Virus record (IMG/VR): IMGVR_UViG_3300045988_117186
Coordinates: 1 to 37,906 of that record
Source: a virus
Direction: 5' to 3' (one strand)
DNA: 37,906 nucleotides
The notes under the pieces were generated by a model. That model saw nothing but the letters and a program-made list of their open reading frames with translations. It searched no databases and was not told where the DNA came from. Made by a program: the position numbers and the translations under genes. This document shows positions 16,120-26,458 of this stretch, piece by piece. Every line of letters begins with the position of its first letter. Positions within the stretch are counted from its first letter, which is position 1.

Positions 16120-16679
16120 TGGCAGAAACAGCAGTAACTTTAAATCAACATGCGCTTTCTGATGTTGCATGTGTAGAAATAGTTACAGAAGATGACAAAA
16201 GCTATACGTTTGTAACTGCTTCCGAAGTCGGCATAGAAGAAGTGCTTGACGAAGGAGATGAACAAACTTTAAAAATAAAAAATGTACTATATGCAAATAG
16301 AAAGGCAGAAAATACATTACTGGGGCATAATCTTACTTTTACAGATAATTTAATGTGTCCTGAACTTTTAGAGTTATTTCAAGGAGGAACGTTAACACCA
16401 GGAGAAAGTGGAAAATTTACATATACACCTCCAGCAATAGGAACAAAAGTAACTAAAAAGAAATTTACATGTAATATTTATACATGCGAAGTTTCTACCG
16501 ACGGAGATACTGGGAAATACATAAAAGTATCTTATCCAAGTTCTGAGGGAACTAGTGTACCTTTTACATTTAAGGACGGGGAATACTACACTAATGAATA
16601 TGTAATAAAATCTAGACCCGCTAAAAATGTAGCACCTTATACAGTTTCTTTAGTAGATGCATTACCAACAACTGAATAA
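16119..16679 (+). CDS. Major tail protein
   Basis: 186 aa, located before the chaperone pair and the tape measure gene, and followed by an attenuator hairpin. Confidence 0.65.
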   Translation: MAETAVTLNQHALSDVACVEIVTEDDKSYTFVTASEVGIEEVLDEGDEQTLKIKNVLYANRKAENTLLGHNLTFTDNLMCPELLELFQGGTLTPGESGKFTYTPPAIGTKVTKKKFTCNIYTCEVSTDGDTGKYIKVSYPSSEGTSVPFTFKDGEYYTNEYVIKSRPAKNVAPYTVSLVDALPTTE

Positions 16680-16701
16680 TAAAATATAACAAATAGATTT
16701 T

Positions 16702-16730
16702 AGCCTTCCTAAAGCTTTAGGAGGGCTTTT
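16702..16730 (+). terminator. Terminator/attenuator hairpin after the major tail gene, containing the SD of the next gene
   Basis: AGCCTTCCTAA-agct-TTAGGAGGGCT followed by tttt. The SD AGGAGG (16719-16724) lies in the 3' arm. Confidence 0.6.
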
Positions 16731-16733
16731 ATT

Positions 16734-17198
16734 ATGAAAGGAATAAAATACATGGAAAATTTGCAAGTAACAAGTTTAGAACAGTTAAAAAAAGTAAAAC
16801 AAACCGATATAGTAAGCTTAGGTAAATTTGAAGATGGAACGGAGTTTGTAGCTGAATTAAAAAGGCCTGATATAATGGCTTTAGCAGCAGAAGGCAAAAT
16901 ACCAAATAGCCTTTTAACAGAAGTTGCTAAACTTTTTAATGGAAAAAATGAACTAGCTAAAGATGTATTAAAAGATGATGGAGAAGCCTTTGTTCAATTA
17001 GGACAACTGATGGATATTTTAGCTAAAGCATCCTTAGTAAATCCAACAATGAAACAATTAGATGAAATAAATGTAACACTAACACAAGAAATGAAAACAA
17101 CGATAATGATGTATTTCCAAGGAGGGGTAGAAACTCTAAAAAGCTTTCGTAAAGAGCAAGAACATAATGCGAATAATCAACCAGGCATTGAAGTTTAA
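16734..17198 (+). CDS. Tail assembly chaperone (gpG-like)
   Basis: It lies before the tape measure gene. The acidic sequence VAELKRPDIMALAAEGKIPNSLL is typical of tail assembly chaperones. Confidence 0.7.
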   Translation: MKGIKYMENLQVTSLEQLKKVKQTDIVSLGKFEDGTEFVAELKRPDIMALAAEGKIPNSLLTEVAKLFNGKNELAKDVLKDDGEAFVQLGQLMDILAKASLVNPTMKQLDEINVTLTQEMKTTIMMYFQGGVETLKSFRKEQEHNANNQPGIEV

Positions 17199-17394
17199 TA
17201 GATTGCCAAGCGAGATTTTAAGAATAGACGATGAATATACAGCCTTTTGTTTCGATGAAGCTTGTTTATATATAATTAATCAAATCGAGAATAAGAAAAA
17301 ACCACATTTTAAAGATGAAAAAGTAGACAGCGACAAAGATAAATATTATTTAAATGACTTCCTACGTAAAGAAGCTATGAAAGGAGGTAAGTAA
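17167..17394 (+). CDS. Tail assembly chaperone, distal part (gpT-like), possibly expressed by frameshift from the upstream ORF
   Basis: It overlaps the gpG-like ORF, lies in the +1 frame, and ends 1 nt before the tape measure ATG. No convincing SD of its own. Confidence 0.5.
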   Translation: MRIINQALKFNRLPSEILRIDDEYTAFCFDEACLYIINQIENKKKPHFKDEKVDSDKDKYYLNDFLRKEAMKGGK

Positions 17395-20148
17395 ATGAGT
17401 GTAAATTTAGGCACAGCAGTTGGATATTTAGAACTTAACTCGGACCGTTGGGTTAGCAGTTATAATACCGCTAGGCAACAAATGCAGACCTTAGCAGATA
17501 GTTCACAAAGTATGAGTAGTAGATTTCAAGCTGCAGGTCAAATGCTAACAAGAGCTGGGTCAACTCTGACAGCTTGTGTAACTGTTCCGCTGGCTGGAAT
17601 GGGTGCGGCAAGTGTAAAAACTGCTGCTGACTTTGAAAGCAGTATGAGTAATGTACAAGCATTATCAGGAGCTACAGGAAGTGAATTAGAGCAGTTATCT
17701 AATCTAGCTAAAGAGATGGGAGCCACTACTCAGTTCAGTGCATCAGAAGCAGCGGATGCTCTCGGATATATGGCTCTTGCAGGATGGGATACACAACAAT
17801 CCATGAATGCACTTCCAGGGGTGCTTAACCTTGCTGCAGCATCAGGAATGGGGCTAGCAGAAGCATCAGATTTGGTTACAGATTATTTAAGTGCATTTGG
17901 AGAAGAAGCAGATCAAGCTGGAAGAATGGCTGATGTATTATCTTACGCACAGGCTAATTCCAATACGACAACAGCTGGATTAGGAGAAGCATTTAAGAAT
18001 TGTGCTGCAAATGCCAATGCATTCGGATTAGATATAGAACAAACAACTGCTTTAATCGGCAAATTATCAGACCAGGGGCTAAAAGGCTCAGAAGCAGGGA
18101 CGGCGTTAAGTGCAGTATTCAGAGATATTACACAGAAAATGAAAGATGGAAATATAACTATAGGAAAAACAAAGATTGCAGTGCAAGATGCAAATGGTAA
18201 CTATAGAAGCATGACTGATATATTACGAGATGTTGAAAATGCAACAGATGGAATGGGAGATGCGCAAAAGAATGCAGCGTTAATGAGTACCTTTACATCT
18301 GATTCGCTAAAAGCACTAAACATACTTTTACAAACTGGTAGTGGAAACATAGAAGATTTTGAAAAAGAATTAAGAAATAGTTCTGGAACAGCAGAAGAAA
18401 TGGCTAATATTATGAATGACAATCTTAACGGGCAAATAACTGCATTAAAATCCGCTTTAGAGGGTGCAGCTATAGCTATAGGAGAAGCATTGTTACCAAT
18501 GATAAAAGGTTTAGTAAGTGTATTACAAGGCGCTCTTAATTGGTTTAATGGATTAAATGATGGAGTTAAAACAACAATAGTAACAGTTGGATTAGTAGTC
18601 GCAGCTATAGGTCCATTATTATTAATTTTAGGCTCTCTAGCAAGTGCGATAGGAAACTTAATAGAACTAAAAGCTTTGTTGGCTGAATCCAGTATATTAA
18701 GTAGTGCAATAGGTAGAGTATCAGGACTGTTTACAAGTTTAGGAGCTATAATTACAGGGACAGTAATACCTGCATTACAATCCCTATGGGCATTTATGTT
18801 GGCAAATCCTATAACTTTGGTTATAGCTGCAATAGCAGCATTAGTTGCTGGATTTATATACCTTTGGAATAATTGTGAAAGTTTCCGTAATTTCTGGATT
18901 AATTTATGGGATAACATAGTTGAAACAGTTCAAAATATACCTACATATTTTGAAAATGCTTTAAATGCTATAGGAGATACTTTTAACAGTATAAAAGAAA
19001 CTATAACTACTAAGTTATCCGAAACATGGCAAAGCATAACAACATGGTGCAGTGACACATATAATTCCTTTATAGAGTGGGGAACAAACTTAATAACCAA
19101 TATAGGAAACTGGTTTAATGAGCTACCAAGTAGAATTGGATATGCTTTAGGGTTTGCATTAGGAACAATAGCATCTTGGATAGTAAATACATGGAATTAT
19201 TTTACTACAAATATACCTAAATGGATAGAATCTATAGGCCAATGGTTTAGTGAACTTCCAGGTAAAATAGGCACATGGTTAACAAATACGTATAACAACG
19301 TAATTAGCTGGGGTAGCAATATGCTATCTAAGGCAATAGAAACAGGTACAAATTTTGTTAATAATGTAGTTAATTTTATTAAAAATTTACCCACTACTGT
19401 GTATAATTGGTTAACACAAACTTACAACAAAGCAGTTAACTGGGCTACACAAATGTTAAATAAAGCAAGAGAAGCTGGTAGTAATTTCGTTAGTAAAGTA
19501 GGAAGTACGATACAAAGTTTACCAGGTAAGGTATGGAGTTATTTAAGCCAAACAATAAGTAAAGCCGTAACTTTTGTAAGTCAGTTCGGGCAAAAGGCTA
19601 CACAAGCAGCAAGAAACTTTACTACTAATATAGTTAATGGAGTTAGAAATATACCAAATCAAATGCTTAGCATAGGAAGGAATATAGTGCAAGGCATATG
19701 GCGTGGAATTAGTGGAGCAGCAGGATGGTTAAGGAGTCAAATAAGTAATTTTGCTAGTGGTATTATAAATGGATTTAAATCTGCATTTAAAATAAACTCT
19801 CCTTCTAAAATCATGCGAGACATTATAGGTAAGGGAATAGTAGAAGGTATAGGAGTTGGTATAGATAACGAAGAAGATAGCTTATTAACAAAAGCGGATA
19901 AACTAGCAGGCAGTGTAGTTGATGTGATGAGTGGTAATATTGCTACAACTAACTTACTTAATACAGCTAAAAATCTAACTACAAGCATGAATATAGCTAC
20001 TAACCAAGCAACTGGACAAGATAAAGTAAGTAAATTTGATAGCTTGTTGCATGTAGAAAACTTAACAATAAACGATGATAAAGATATAGAAACTTTAGCA
20101 AGTGATTTAGCATTCTATTTAAAAAGAAAAAACGTATTAACAGTATAA
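17395..20148 (+). CDS. Tail tape measure protein
   Basis: 917 aa. TP901-type core (ALGYMALAGWD..), a central hydrophobic segment and W-rich heptad-like repeats. Confidence 0.9.
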   Translation: MSVNLGTAVGYLELNSDRWVSSYNTARQQMQTLADSSQSMSSRFQAAGQMLTRAGSTLTACVTVPLAGMGAASVKTAADFESSMSNVQALSGATGSELEQLSNLAKEMGATTQFSASEAADALGYMALAGWDTQQSMNALPGVLNLAAASGMGLAEASDLVTDYLSAFGEEADQAGRMADVLSYAQANSNTTTAGLGEAFKNCAANANAFGLDIEQTTALIGKLSDQGLKGSEAGTALSAVFRDITQKMKDGNITIGKTKIAVQDANGNYRSMTDILRDVENATDGMGDAQKNAALMSTFTSDSLKALNILLQTGSGNIEDFEKELRNSSGTAEEMANIMNDNLNGQITALKSALEGAAIAIGEALLPMIKGLVSVLQGALNWFNGLNDGVKTTIVTVGLVVAAIGPLLLILGSLASAIGNLIELKALLAESSILSSAIGRVSGLFTSLGAIITGTVIPALQSLWAFMLANPITLVIAAIAALVAGFIYLWNNCESFRNFWINLWDNIVETVQNIPTYFENALNAIGDTFNSIKETITTKLSETWQSITTWCSDTYNSFIEWGTNLITNIGNWFNELPSRIGYALGFALGTIASWIVNTWNYFTTNIPKWIESIGQWFSELPGKIGTWLTNTYNNVISWGSNMLSKAIETGTNFVNNVVNFIKNLPTTVYNWLTQTYNKAVNWATQMLNKAREAGSNFVSKVGSTIQSLPGKVWSYLSQTISKAVTFVSQFGQKATQAARNFTTNIVNGVRNIPNQMLSIGRNIVQGIWRGISGAAGWLRSQISNFASGIINGFKSAFKINSPSKIMRDIIGKGIVEGIGVGIDNEEDSLLTKADKLAGSVVDVMSGNIATTNLLNTAKNLTTSMNIATNQATGQDKVSKFDSLLHVENLTINDDKDIETLASDLAFYLKRKNVLTV

Positions 20149-20160
20149 GGAGGTGTAGAA

Positions 20161-20925
20161 ATGGAATTTATGGAATATAGAGATCCGATAATTTTATATC
20201 TAGATGATAAACCTAGCACAGATTACGGAATAAAAGTGTATGAAAGCAATATCCTTTCTGCCCCTTCGAAAAAGCTAGAGTTTATAGAAGTTGATGGAAG
20301 AGATGGAGCATTAACAGTAGACAATGGATATGAAGATTTTATACTAAAACTAAGTTGTGTGCTAGTAAACGAGCATGATGAGATTGAAACTACTCCAGCA
20401 TTAGCAAGGAGAGCAAAGAAATTTCTTCTTAATGGAACAACTAGAAAAATACAATTAAGTGAGGATATGGATTACTATCTGTTAGGGACTTACAATTCTG
20501 ATATCGACATAGAAGAAGCAATTGAAAATTTTGGACTGTTTCAGGCACAATTTAGATGTAAACCTTATAGATTTTCAAATAAAAGTAAGACAGTAGAGAT
20601 AACTACTAAAAATACCGTAATAAAAAACGATGAATATAAAACCAAGCCTGTTATTGATGTGTATGCAACAGGAGATATAACTATTAATATAAACAATCAA
20701 GAAATTATTTTAAAAGCCTTAGAAGGGCATATACAACTTGATTGCGATAAAATGAACGCAACAACTGTTAATTCACTTGAAAAAACGGTAAATGCAAATC
20801 AGAAGATGTATAGTGATTTTCCGGTGCTAGAAGAAGGTAATAATAATATAACTTGGACTTTAGGAGATGGAGATGAAGCTAGTTTTACTAAAATAATAAT
20901 AAAATACAGATTGGTGGTGATATAG
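20161..20925 (+). CDS. Distal tail protein (Dit)
   Basis: It follows the tape measure gene. The EFIEVDGRDGAL motif is typical of Sipho_tail/Dit proteins. Confidence 0.8.
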   Translation: MEFMEYRDPIILYLDDKPSTDYGIKVYESNILSAPSKKLEFIEVDGRDGALTVDNGYEDFILKLSCVLVNEHDEIETTPALARRAKKFLLNGTTRKIQLSEDMDYYLLGTYNSDIDIEEAIENFGLFQAQFRCKPYRFSNKSKTVEITTKNTVIKNDEYKTKPVIDVYATGDITININNQEIILKALEGHIQLDCDKMNATTVNSLEKTVNANQKMYSDFPVLEEGNNNITWTLGDGDEASFTKIIIKYRLVVI

Positions 20926-20926
20926 A

Positions 20927-23900
20927 TTGATACCAAGAATTTATGATAACAGTTTTACAACATATGATAGTAATGGATTAGGTTTATTGGTAGATGCTAT
21001 ATCCTGCCAAGTTGAAGAAGAGTCTAATGGAGATTTTGAGTTAACACTTGTATATCCATCTGAGGGCTCTTTTTTTTATGCATTAAAACAAGATAACCTT
21101 ATAAAAGCTGATGCATCTGACAGCTTAAAAGGGCAACTTTTTAGGATAGATACAATATCAAAACCTCTAAATGGCCAAGTAACAGTATATGCAAAACACA
21201 TTACATTTGACCTAGCTAAAAACTCTTTAAATGAGGATTTAACTGAAAAAAATATAAAATGCGAAAATGCTGGTAAACATATGCTACAGAGTTCTGATGC
21301 AGATAGTAGATTTACAATAGAAAGTAATATAGAAATGCTTGGTAACTATAACATGGATAGAAAAACAGATTGTTTATCTGCTATAGCTGGTACGAGAGGT
21401 TCTCTTATAGATACGTTTGGTAATGGACCTAAATTATTAAGGGATAATTTTACAATAAAGGTACTTGCTAGAAGAGGTAAAGATAATAATGTGCTTATAG
21501 CGTACAAGAAGAATATAACCGGGTTTACCTTGGAGGAAGATTATACAGAAATAATTAATATCATAAAACCTTATGCTACTTATACAGAAAATGAAGTTGA
21601 AAAAACTCTATATATTGACGAAATAGGAGTAAAATCATCTAGATATGTAGAAGGTGATATAGTAAAAAGTAAATGGATGGATTTTTCAGACGATTTTGAG
21701 AATGATGAAACTCCAACAAAAGAAAAATTAAAAAATCTAGCTGAAAAATATTTTAACGATAACAGTTGTGACATTCCTAAAATGACTTATAAAATAGAAT
21801 TTCAACCTCTTAGTCAGACGGAAGAATATAAGGAAGATGGATTGGCTGAACTAGAATATATAGGTATGGACGACAGTGTTTATATTTTTAACAGTAAATA
21901 TGGTATAAGAGACCAAGCTAGAGTTATAAAAACAACTTACAACGTGCTAACAGAGAAATATATATCTATAGAATTAGGTGATCCAAAAACAACGTTAGGA
22001 AGTATTATAAATAAATCTAATAACAATACAGTAACAAAAGATGAAGTAAAAGACCTTATAAATAAAAATAATAAAAAAGATTATCCTAATACATTACCAA
22101 TAGTGCCTGTTGTAACTATAGATAGAGCTGGATTTAAAACTATTTCTCTTAGTTGGCAATATGAAAATAAACCTTATTATTTTTATGAGGTATACGCAAG
22201 CCAAGAACAAGGATTTACACCTAATGTTTTCGACCTAATCTTTAAAGGGCAAGCGAGTGCATTTCTACATGAAGTTGAATGTGCACAAACTTGGTACTAC
22301 AAAGTAAGAGCTATAAATACTTATGGAAATGCTACAGACTTTTCAAAAGTAGTTAGTGCAACAACTACAAAAATAAGTGATGCTGCAGAATATTTTCAAG
22401 AAGCAGCAATAGAAAGCGCTCTTATAGGTTCTTTAAATGCAGATGTAATTAATGCAGGTAAACTTAAAGGAACTTATATAGATGCTAGAAATATAAATGT
22501 AATTGATGGAAATGGAAATACAACATTTTCTATTAATAGTGCCGGTGAAGTTTCTTTAGTCGAAGGAGATATATCTATAGATAAAAACGGAATACAAGTT
22601 TACCACAAAAGCCAAGATGATTCTCCAGTTGGTACAACAGTTGTAGATGAAGAAGGATTTAGAATCCTTGATAAAGATGGTAATGAATTGGCTGATATAG
22701 GAGCACAGGGCGCACATTTTGCTAATTTGACAGTGGACGGCAAACTAAACCATTATCCGAGTGTACAAATAATAGATAGACAACAAGGATGGACTAAAGA
22801 TTATTATGTTGGGAAAATTGCTACAGGAGACGGTTCAGGAAGAGATGAAGCAAATAAAGCAGACAGCCTTCAAACTGTTTTAAGAAATTTAAAAGAAAAT
22901 GGTTGTATGTTTTTTAATGCAATATATATTAACTTAGAAGAAGGAGTAAGAGTTAGAGAGAAAATCGTATTGCAAGATTTTTATGGAACTTTACTTCAGA
23001 TAAATTTAGGTAAAGATGCTTTATTGCAAATGAAAGAAGGAAGTGTAATTGAAGATACTAGATGTAGAATCTATATAACCTCTTCCAAATACAACGAAAT
23101 GAACACCTTAGATTCTTATAACGAATCCGGCAAATTAAATACATTAGGATGTGTGGAAATTAAAGATGTAGCAGGGCTAAAACTTAGCCATAATAGTCAT
23201 GTTAGATTTGATGGACTTCGTATAAGAGGAAATTCGCTTGATTCTGTAGGTTTTAAATGTGCAGATAGTAATCTATTAGAGGTCACAAACTGTGATATAA
23301 GTAAAATGGATAAAGTAGCTGACGGATACAATTCTTCAAAGATACTTCTAGCTAATTGTCAAGGTAATGTAAACAAACTTGCTACGCTTGCGAGTGGAAG
23401 TATTTTTAGTTCATCCATTCAAGTACCTTCTTACACAGAGACAGAACCATGTGAAGTATACGGTTCATCTGCTGTCGTGAACTCTTTTGAAACATATGTA
23501 AAAAAAGATTCACAATTCCAAGATACCTTTAGCAATGATGATAATACAAATACTCTAGCCATATTTGGAGTAAGTCAACAGTATACAAACTACGAGGGCG
23601 ATGGAGTTAACGAAGAAACAAGTATGCTGAATCTTGTAGGACAAGGAAAATTTAGAGACGATTATAAATATATGCATGGGTACGCAGTATTCATCAATGA
23701 CACAGATGATTCGATGGGAGATTATCTGAAGACTTTGGAAAATTATAATATGTACTTACGAATGACGAGAGCTGATAATAATACTACTGCTCCAATACCG
23801 AGAGTTAGATTCCAACTTGGAAACGGAGAATATACAGCATATTACAAACTAGATCCGTTAACAAGTCCACTAACTGGAGATGGAAGTGGAGCACAAATTA

Positions 23901-26458
23901 TAGATTACAATGCTACAGAAGATAGAAAATTACCGAAAGACCTTGCGGATAAGATTGCAACTTATGGAGTGTATTCTGTGGAATTTCTATCAGACGAAGT
24001 TGAAAACTATTTGCTCGTAGATAATATAAAATTAGTAATTGTAGGAACATCTAAAGGAGAAGAAAGCGGAGACATTGGAACAGATGTAAAAGCAATAGGT
24101 AGAATATTAGCTAATGCTCTTAATGTGCGTAAAACTCCGGGGATAGACGGAGAATATGCTGGATTGCTTGTAAATGGAGATACAGTAGAGATAGTAGGAG
24201 TGGATAGCACAACTGGTTGGTATAAAATAAAATTTGAAGGTGATTATGCATACATAACGAACAAGAGTGAATATGTAGAAATAATTAGTGGAGACCCTAA
24301 CGGTTCAACTACAGTTCAAAAAGTAGAAGTATTGGCAGAAAATCTTAATGTAAGAAGTGGAGCTGGAACAAGCTATTCTTCTATAGGTATAGTACAAAAA
24401 GGATTTACGGCAGATATATTAGAAACAGATAGCACAACTGGTTGGTACAAAATAAGCTATAACGGTGAATATGGATGGATTACGAATAATACAACTTATG
24501 TGAAAGTAACTACTGGAACGGCTACAGTAAGTCCAGAACTTTACGATGGAGCAAAAGTTGCAGGATTTGCAGAAACTTACTACAATGCAAGAAATAATTA
24601 TACATCAGCGAAATCTTGGGACAATGGATTCACTTATGGAGAAACTACTCCTTGCAATGCTAATGCAAGTGGAACAATGGGAGCTACTAATAGTATTTGG
24701 GAAAAGTCTACTAAGGGTAATTACTGGAAGATGATAGACGATTCTACATTAATATTACTTTGCCTTATGGGGTATCCATATGCAGATTCTCCATATGGAA
24801 GTTTAGTAAACTTCAACAATTACCGTACGAATATAATGGCTAAAAATAGTGCATATACAGGAGCTATAGTTCCTACAAATGGTTCTAACTTAGCAAGAAC
24901 TTGTGCAGAAATAGCACAGTATTTTTATAACAGGGGACAAACGTTTGAAGTTAAATCCGACTATAGCAACTTGCAAAAAGGAGACCTTATTTTCTATGCA
25001 AGAAAAACAAGTGGTGGAGCTTATGTATATCCAACACGTTGGAAATATATAAGTGCTGGAGCTATTTGTGCAGGGCAAGATAGTAGTGGAAATGCACAAA
25101 TAATAACTGTTGTGAGTAATCCAGGAGAATCTCATTCAGACGGTTGGTATGTAGGGCTAAAAAAAGACCTTGTTAAAAACCAACAACCTTCTAATATAGT
25201 ATTAGCAGTTAGACCAAGTACAAAAGTAACAAGTGGTTCTTCTTCTAGTGGAGGTTCTACGGGAGGTGGTTCTTCTAGTGGAGGAATTACTGTATCGAAT
25301 ATACGTAAAACAATATGTGACACAGCTATGAAAATAGTAAACATGGGGACTGCTCATACAGCATGGTATTCCCAATATTGGAGAACAACAAGTCTTAACA
25401 GTATGGTAACTATAAAAGGTAAAGTAGAGACAGTAGGAGGAACAACATATTATCAACCAAGTTGGGTTCAGGTAGGTGTGACATACGGGTTTGACTGTTC
25501 ATCATTGGTAGGTTGCTGTTACGAAAAAGCTGGTATGGGCTATATGAAAGGCTTAACTTGTAGTATGGGAACACTGCAGGCTACAGCTAAACAACATGGT
25601 GCAACATTTTGGAGATATGCAGATAGTGGATTTACGAAGGCAAAACCTGGCGACATAATCATGTTTGCAAATGATGGTTACACAGTAACTACATCTAATA
25701 TGGCAACAGTAAGAACGCATCACACTGCTATATACATGGGGAATGGATATATTGCGGAGGCGAGTGGCTACAAGAAAGGCATTATTTACAGTAAGTATAA
25801 TCTTAGCAAACAAGCCTTCTTTATAAGATTGCCTGAGTTAGACAAAGCGGATAGCACAAGTTCTACAGGAGGGACAACTGTGAAAGAGGAATATGTTAAC
25901 TGCTTTAATGAAAAAGGAACGATAGACGGCAAGAATTATATATACAGATTACACGATGCTAGATGTACTTGTTATGCAGCTACAGAAAGTAATAGTTCTG
26001 GACGAAGTGGACTCGGAACACACATGGGTAAAACAGTTGCAGCACAAAATATCCCGTATGGAACAAAAATATACATACCAGGTCTAAAGGGGCAAACTTG
26101 GACTAATGCAAACGGAACAAAAGTTACATTAGATGGTATATTTACTGTAACGGATAGTGGAATCGCGATGTTTGACTTTGACATAGTTGCGGGAAGTACT
26201 AGCAACGCTTGCTATAGCAATTATGCTAATCCTGCCCGATTTGAAGTATATATTTTAGAATGGGGGACAAGTTCTATACAAAACTATAGTTTTACAGACA
26301 CCTGGAGAATTGCATATAATGGTGGGCGTTTGACTAAATATAAGGCTGCATTTAAAAATTATATTAGCAACGGCGGAGTACTTATAAATTTGCTTAAATT
26401 CTACAATGATGATGCAAATATACGTAGTTCAACTTATTGGAATATATTAAATAGTTAG
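20927..26458 (+). CDS. Tail-associated lysin (Tal), 1843 aa: prophage-tail N-domain, FN3, beta-helix-like region, 2x SH3b, NlpC/P60-like x2, 3D domain
   Basis: TTG start. N-terminus MIPRIYDNSF..GLGLLVDAISCQVEEESNGDFEL (Prophage_tail-like). FN3 at ~22100-22370. SH3b repeats at ~24090-24288 and ~24325-24510. NlpC/P60 motifs FDCSSLV..HHTAIYMG. 3D-like TVAAQNIPYGTKIYIPGL..FTVTDSGIAMFDFDI. Confidence 0.85.
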   Translation: MIPRIYDNSFTTYDSNGLGLLVDAISCQVEEESNGDFELTLVYPSEGSFFYALKQDNLIKADASDSLKGQLFRIDTISKPLNGQVTVYAKHITFDLAKNSLNEDLTEKNIKCENAGKHMLQSSDADSRFTIESNIEMLGNYNMDRKTDCLSAIAGTRGSLIDTFGNGPKLLRDNFTIKVLARRGKDNNVLIAYKKNITGFTLEEDYTEIINIIKPYATYTENEVEKTLYIDEIGVKSSRYVEGDIVKSKWMDFSDDFENDETPTKEKLKNLAEKYFNDNSCDIPKMTYKIEFQPLSQTEEYKEDGLAELEYIGMDDSVYIFNSKYGIRDQARVIKTTYNVLTEKYISIELGDPKTTLGSIINKSNNNTVTKDEVKDLINKNNKKDYPNTLPIVPVVTIDRAGFKTISLSWQYENKPYYFYEVYASQEQGFTPNVFDLIFKGQASAFLHEVECAQTWYYKVRAINTYGNATDFSKVVSATTTKISDAAEYFQEAAIESALIGSLNADVINAGKLKGTYIDARNINVIDGNGNTTFSINSAGEVSLVEGDISIDKNGIQVYHKSQDDSPVGTTVVDEEGFRILDKDGNELADIGAQGAHFANLTVDGKLNHYPSVQIIDRQQGWTKDYYVGKIATGDGSGRDEANKADSLQTVLRNLKENGCMFFNAIYINLEEGVRVREKIVLQDFYGTLLQINLGKDALLQMKEGSVIEDTRCRIYITSSKYNEMNTLDSYNESGKLNTLGCVEIKDVAGLKLSHNSHVRFDGLRIRGNSLDSVGFKCADSNLLEVTNCDISKMDKVADGYNSSKILLANCQGNVNKLATLASGSIFSSSIQVPSYTETEPCEVYGSSAVVNSFETYVKKDSQFQDTFSNDDNTNTLAIFGVSQQYTNYEGDGVNEETSMLNLVGQGKFRDDYKYMHGYAVFINDTDDSMGDYLKTLENYNMYLRMTRADNNTTAPIPRVRFQLGNGEYTAYYKLDPLTSPLTGDGSGAQIIDYNATEDRKLPKDLADKIATYGVYSVEFLSDEVENYLLVDNIKLVIVGTSKGEESGDIGTDVKAIGRILANALNVRKTPGIDGEYAGLLVNGDTVEIVGVDSTTGWYKIKFEGDYAYITNKSEYVEIISGDPNGSTTVQKVEVLAENLNVRSGAGTSYSSIGIVQKGFTADILETDSTTGWYKISYNGEYGWITNNTTYVKVTTGTATVSPELYDGAKVAGFAETYYNARNNYTSAKSWDNGFTYGETTPCNANASGTMGATNSIWEKSTKGNYWKMIDDSTLILLCLMGYPYADSPYGSLVNFNNYRTNIMAKNSAYTGAIVPTNGSNLARTCAEIAQYFYNRGQTFEVKSDYSNLQKGDLIFYARKTSGGAYVYPTRWKYISAGAICAGQDSSGNAQIITVVSNPGESHSDGWYVGLKKDLVKNQQPSNIVLAVRPSTKVTSGSSSSGGSTGGGSSSGGITVSNIRKTICDTAMKIVNMGTAHTAWYSQYWRTTSLNSMVTIKGKVETVGGTTYYQPSWVQVGVTYGFDCSSLVGCCYEKAGMGYMKGLTCSMGTLQATAKQHGATFWRYADSGFTKAKPGDIIMFANDGYTVTTSNMATVRTHHTAIYMGNGYIAEASGYKKGIIYSKYNLSKQAFFIRLPELDKADSTSSTGGTTVKEEYVNCFNEKGTIDGKNYIYRLHDARCTCYAATESNSSGRSGLGTHMGKTVAAQNIPYGTKIYIPGLKGQTWTNANGTKVTLDGIFTVTDSGIAMFDFDIVAGSTSNACYSNYANPARFEVYILEWGTSSIQNYSFTDTWRIAYNGGRLTKYKAAFKNYISNGGVLINLLKFYNDDANIRSSTYWNILNS

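Noticed and set aside
18201-18917. 238-aa minus-strand ORF (with other antisense ORFs at 17471-17726 and 19197-19988) inside the tape measure gene
   Set aside because: It is fully embedded antisense to a confidently assigned 917-aa gene and has no SD. Its Ala/Ile/Asn-rich composition mirrors the sense-strand codons. This is the typical shadow ORF of a long gene.
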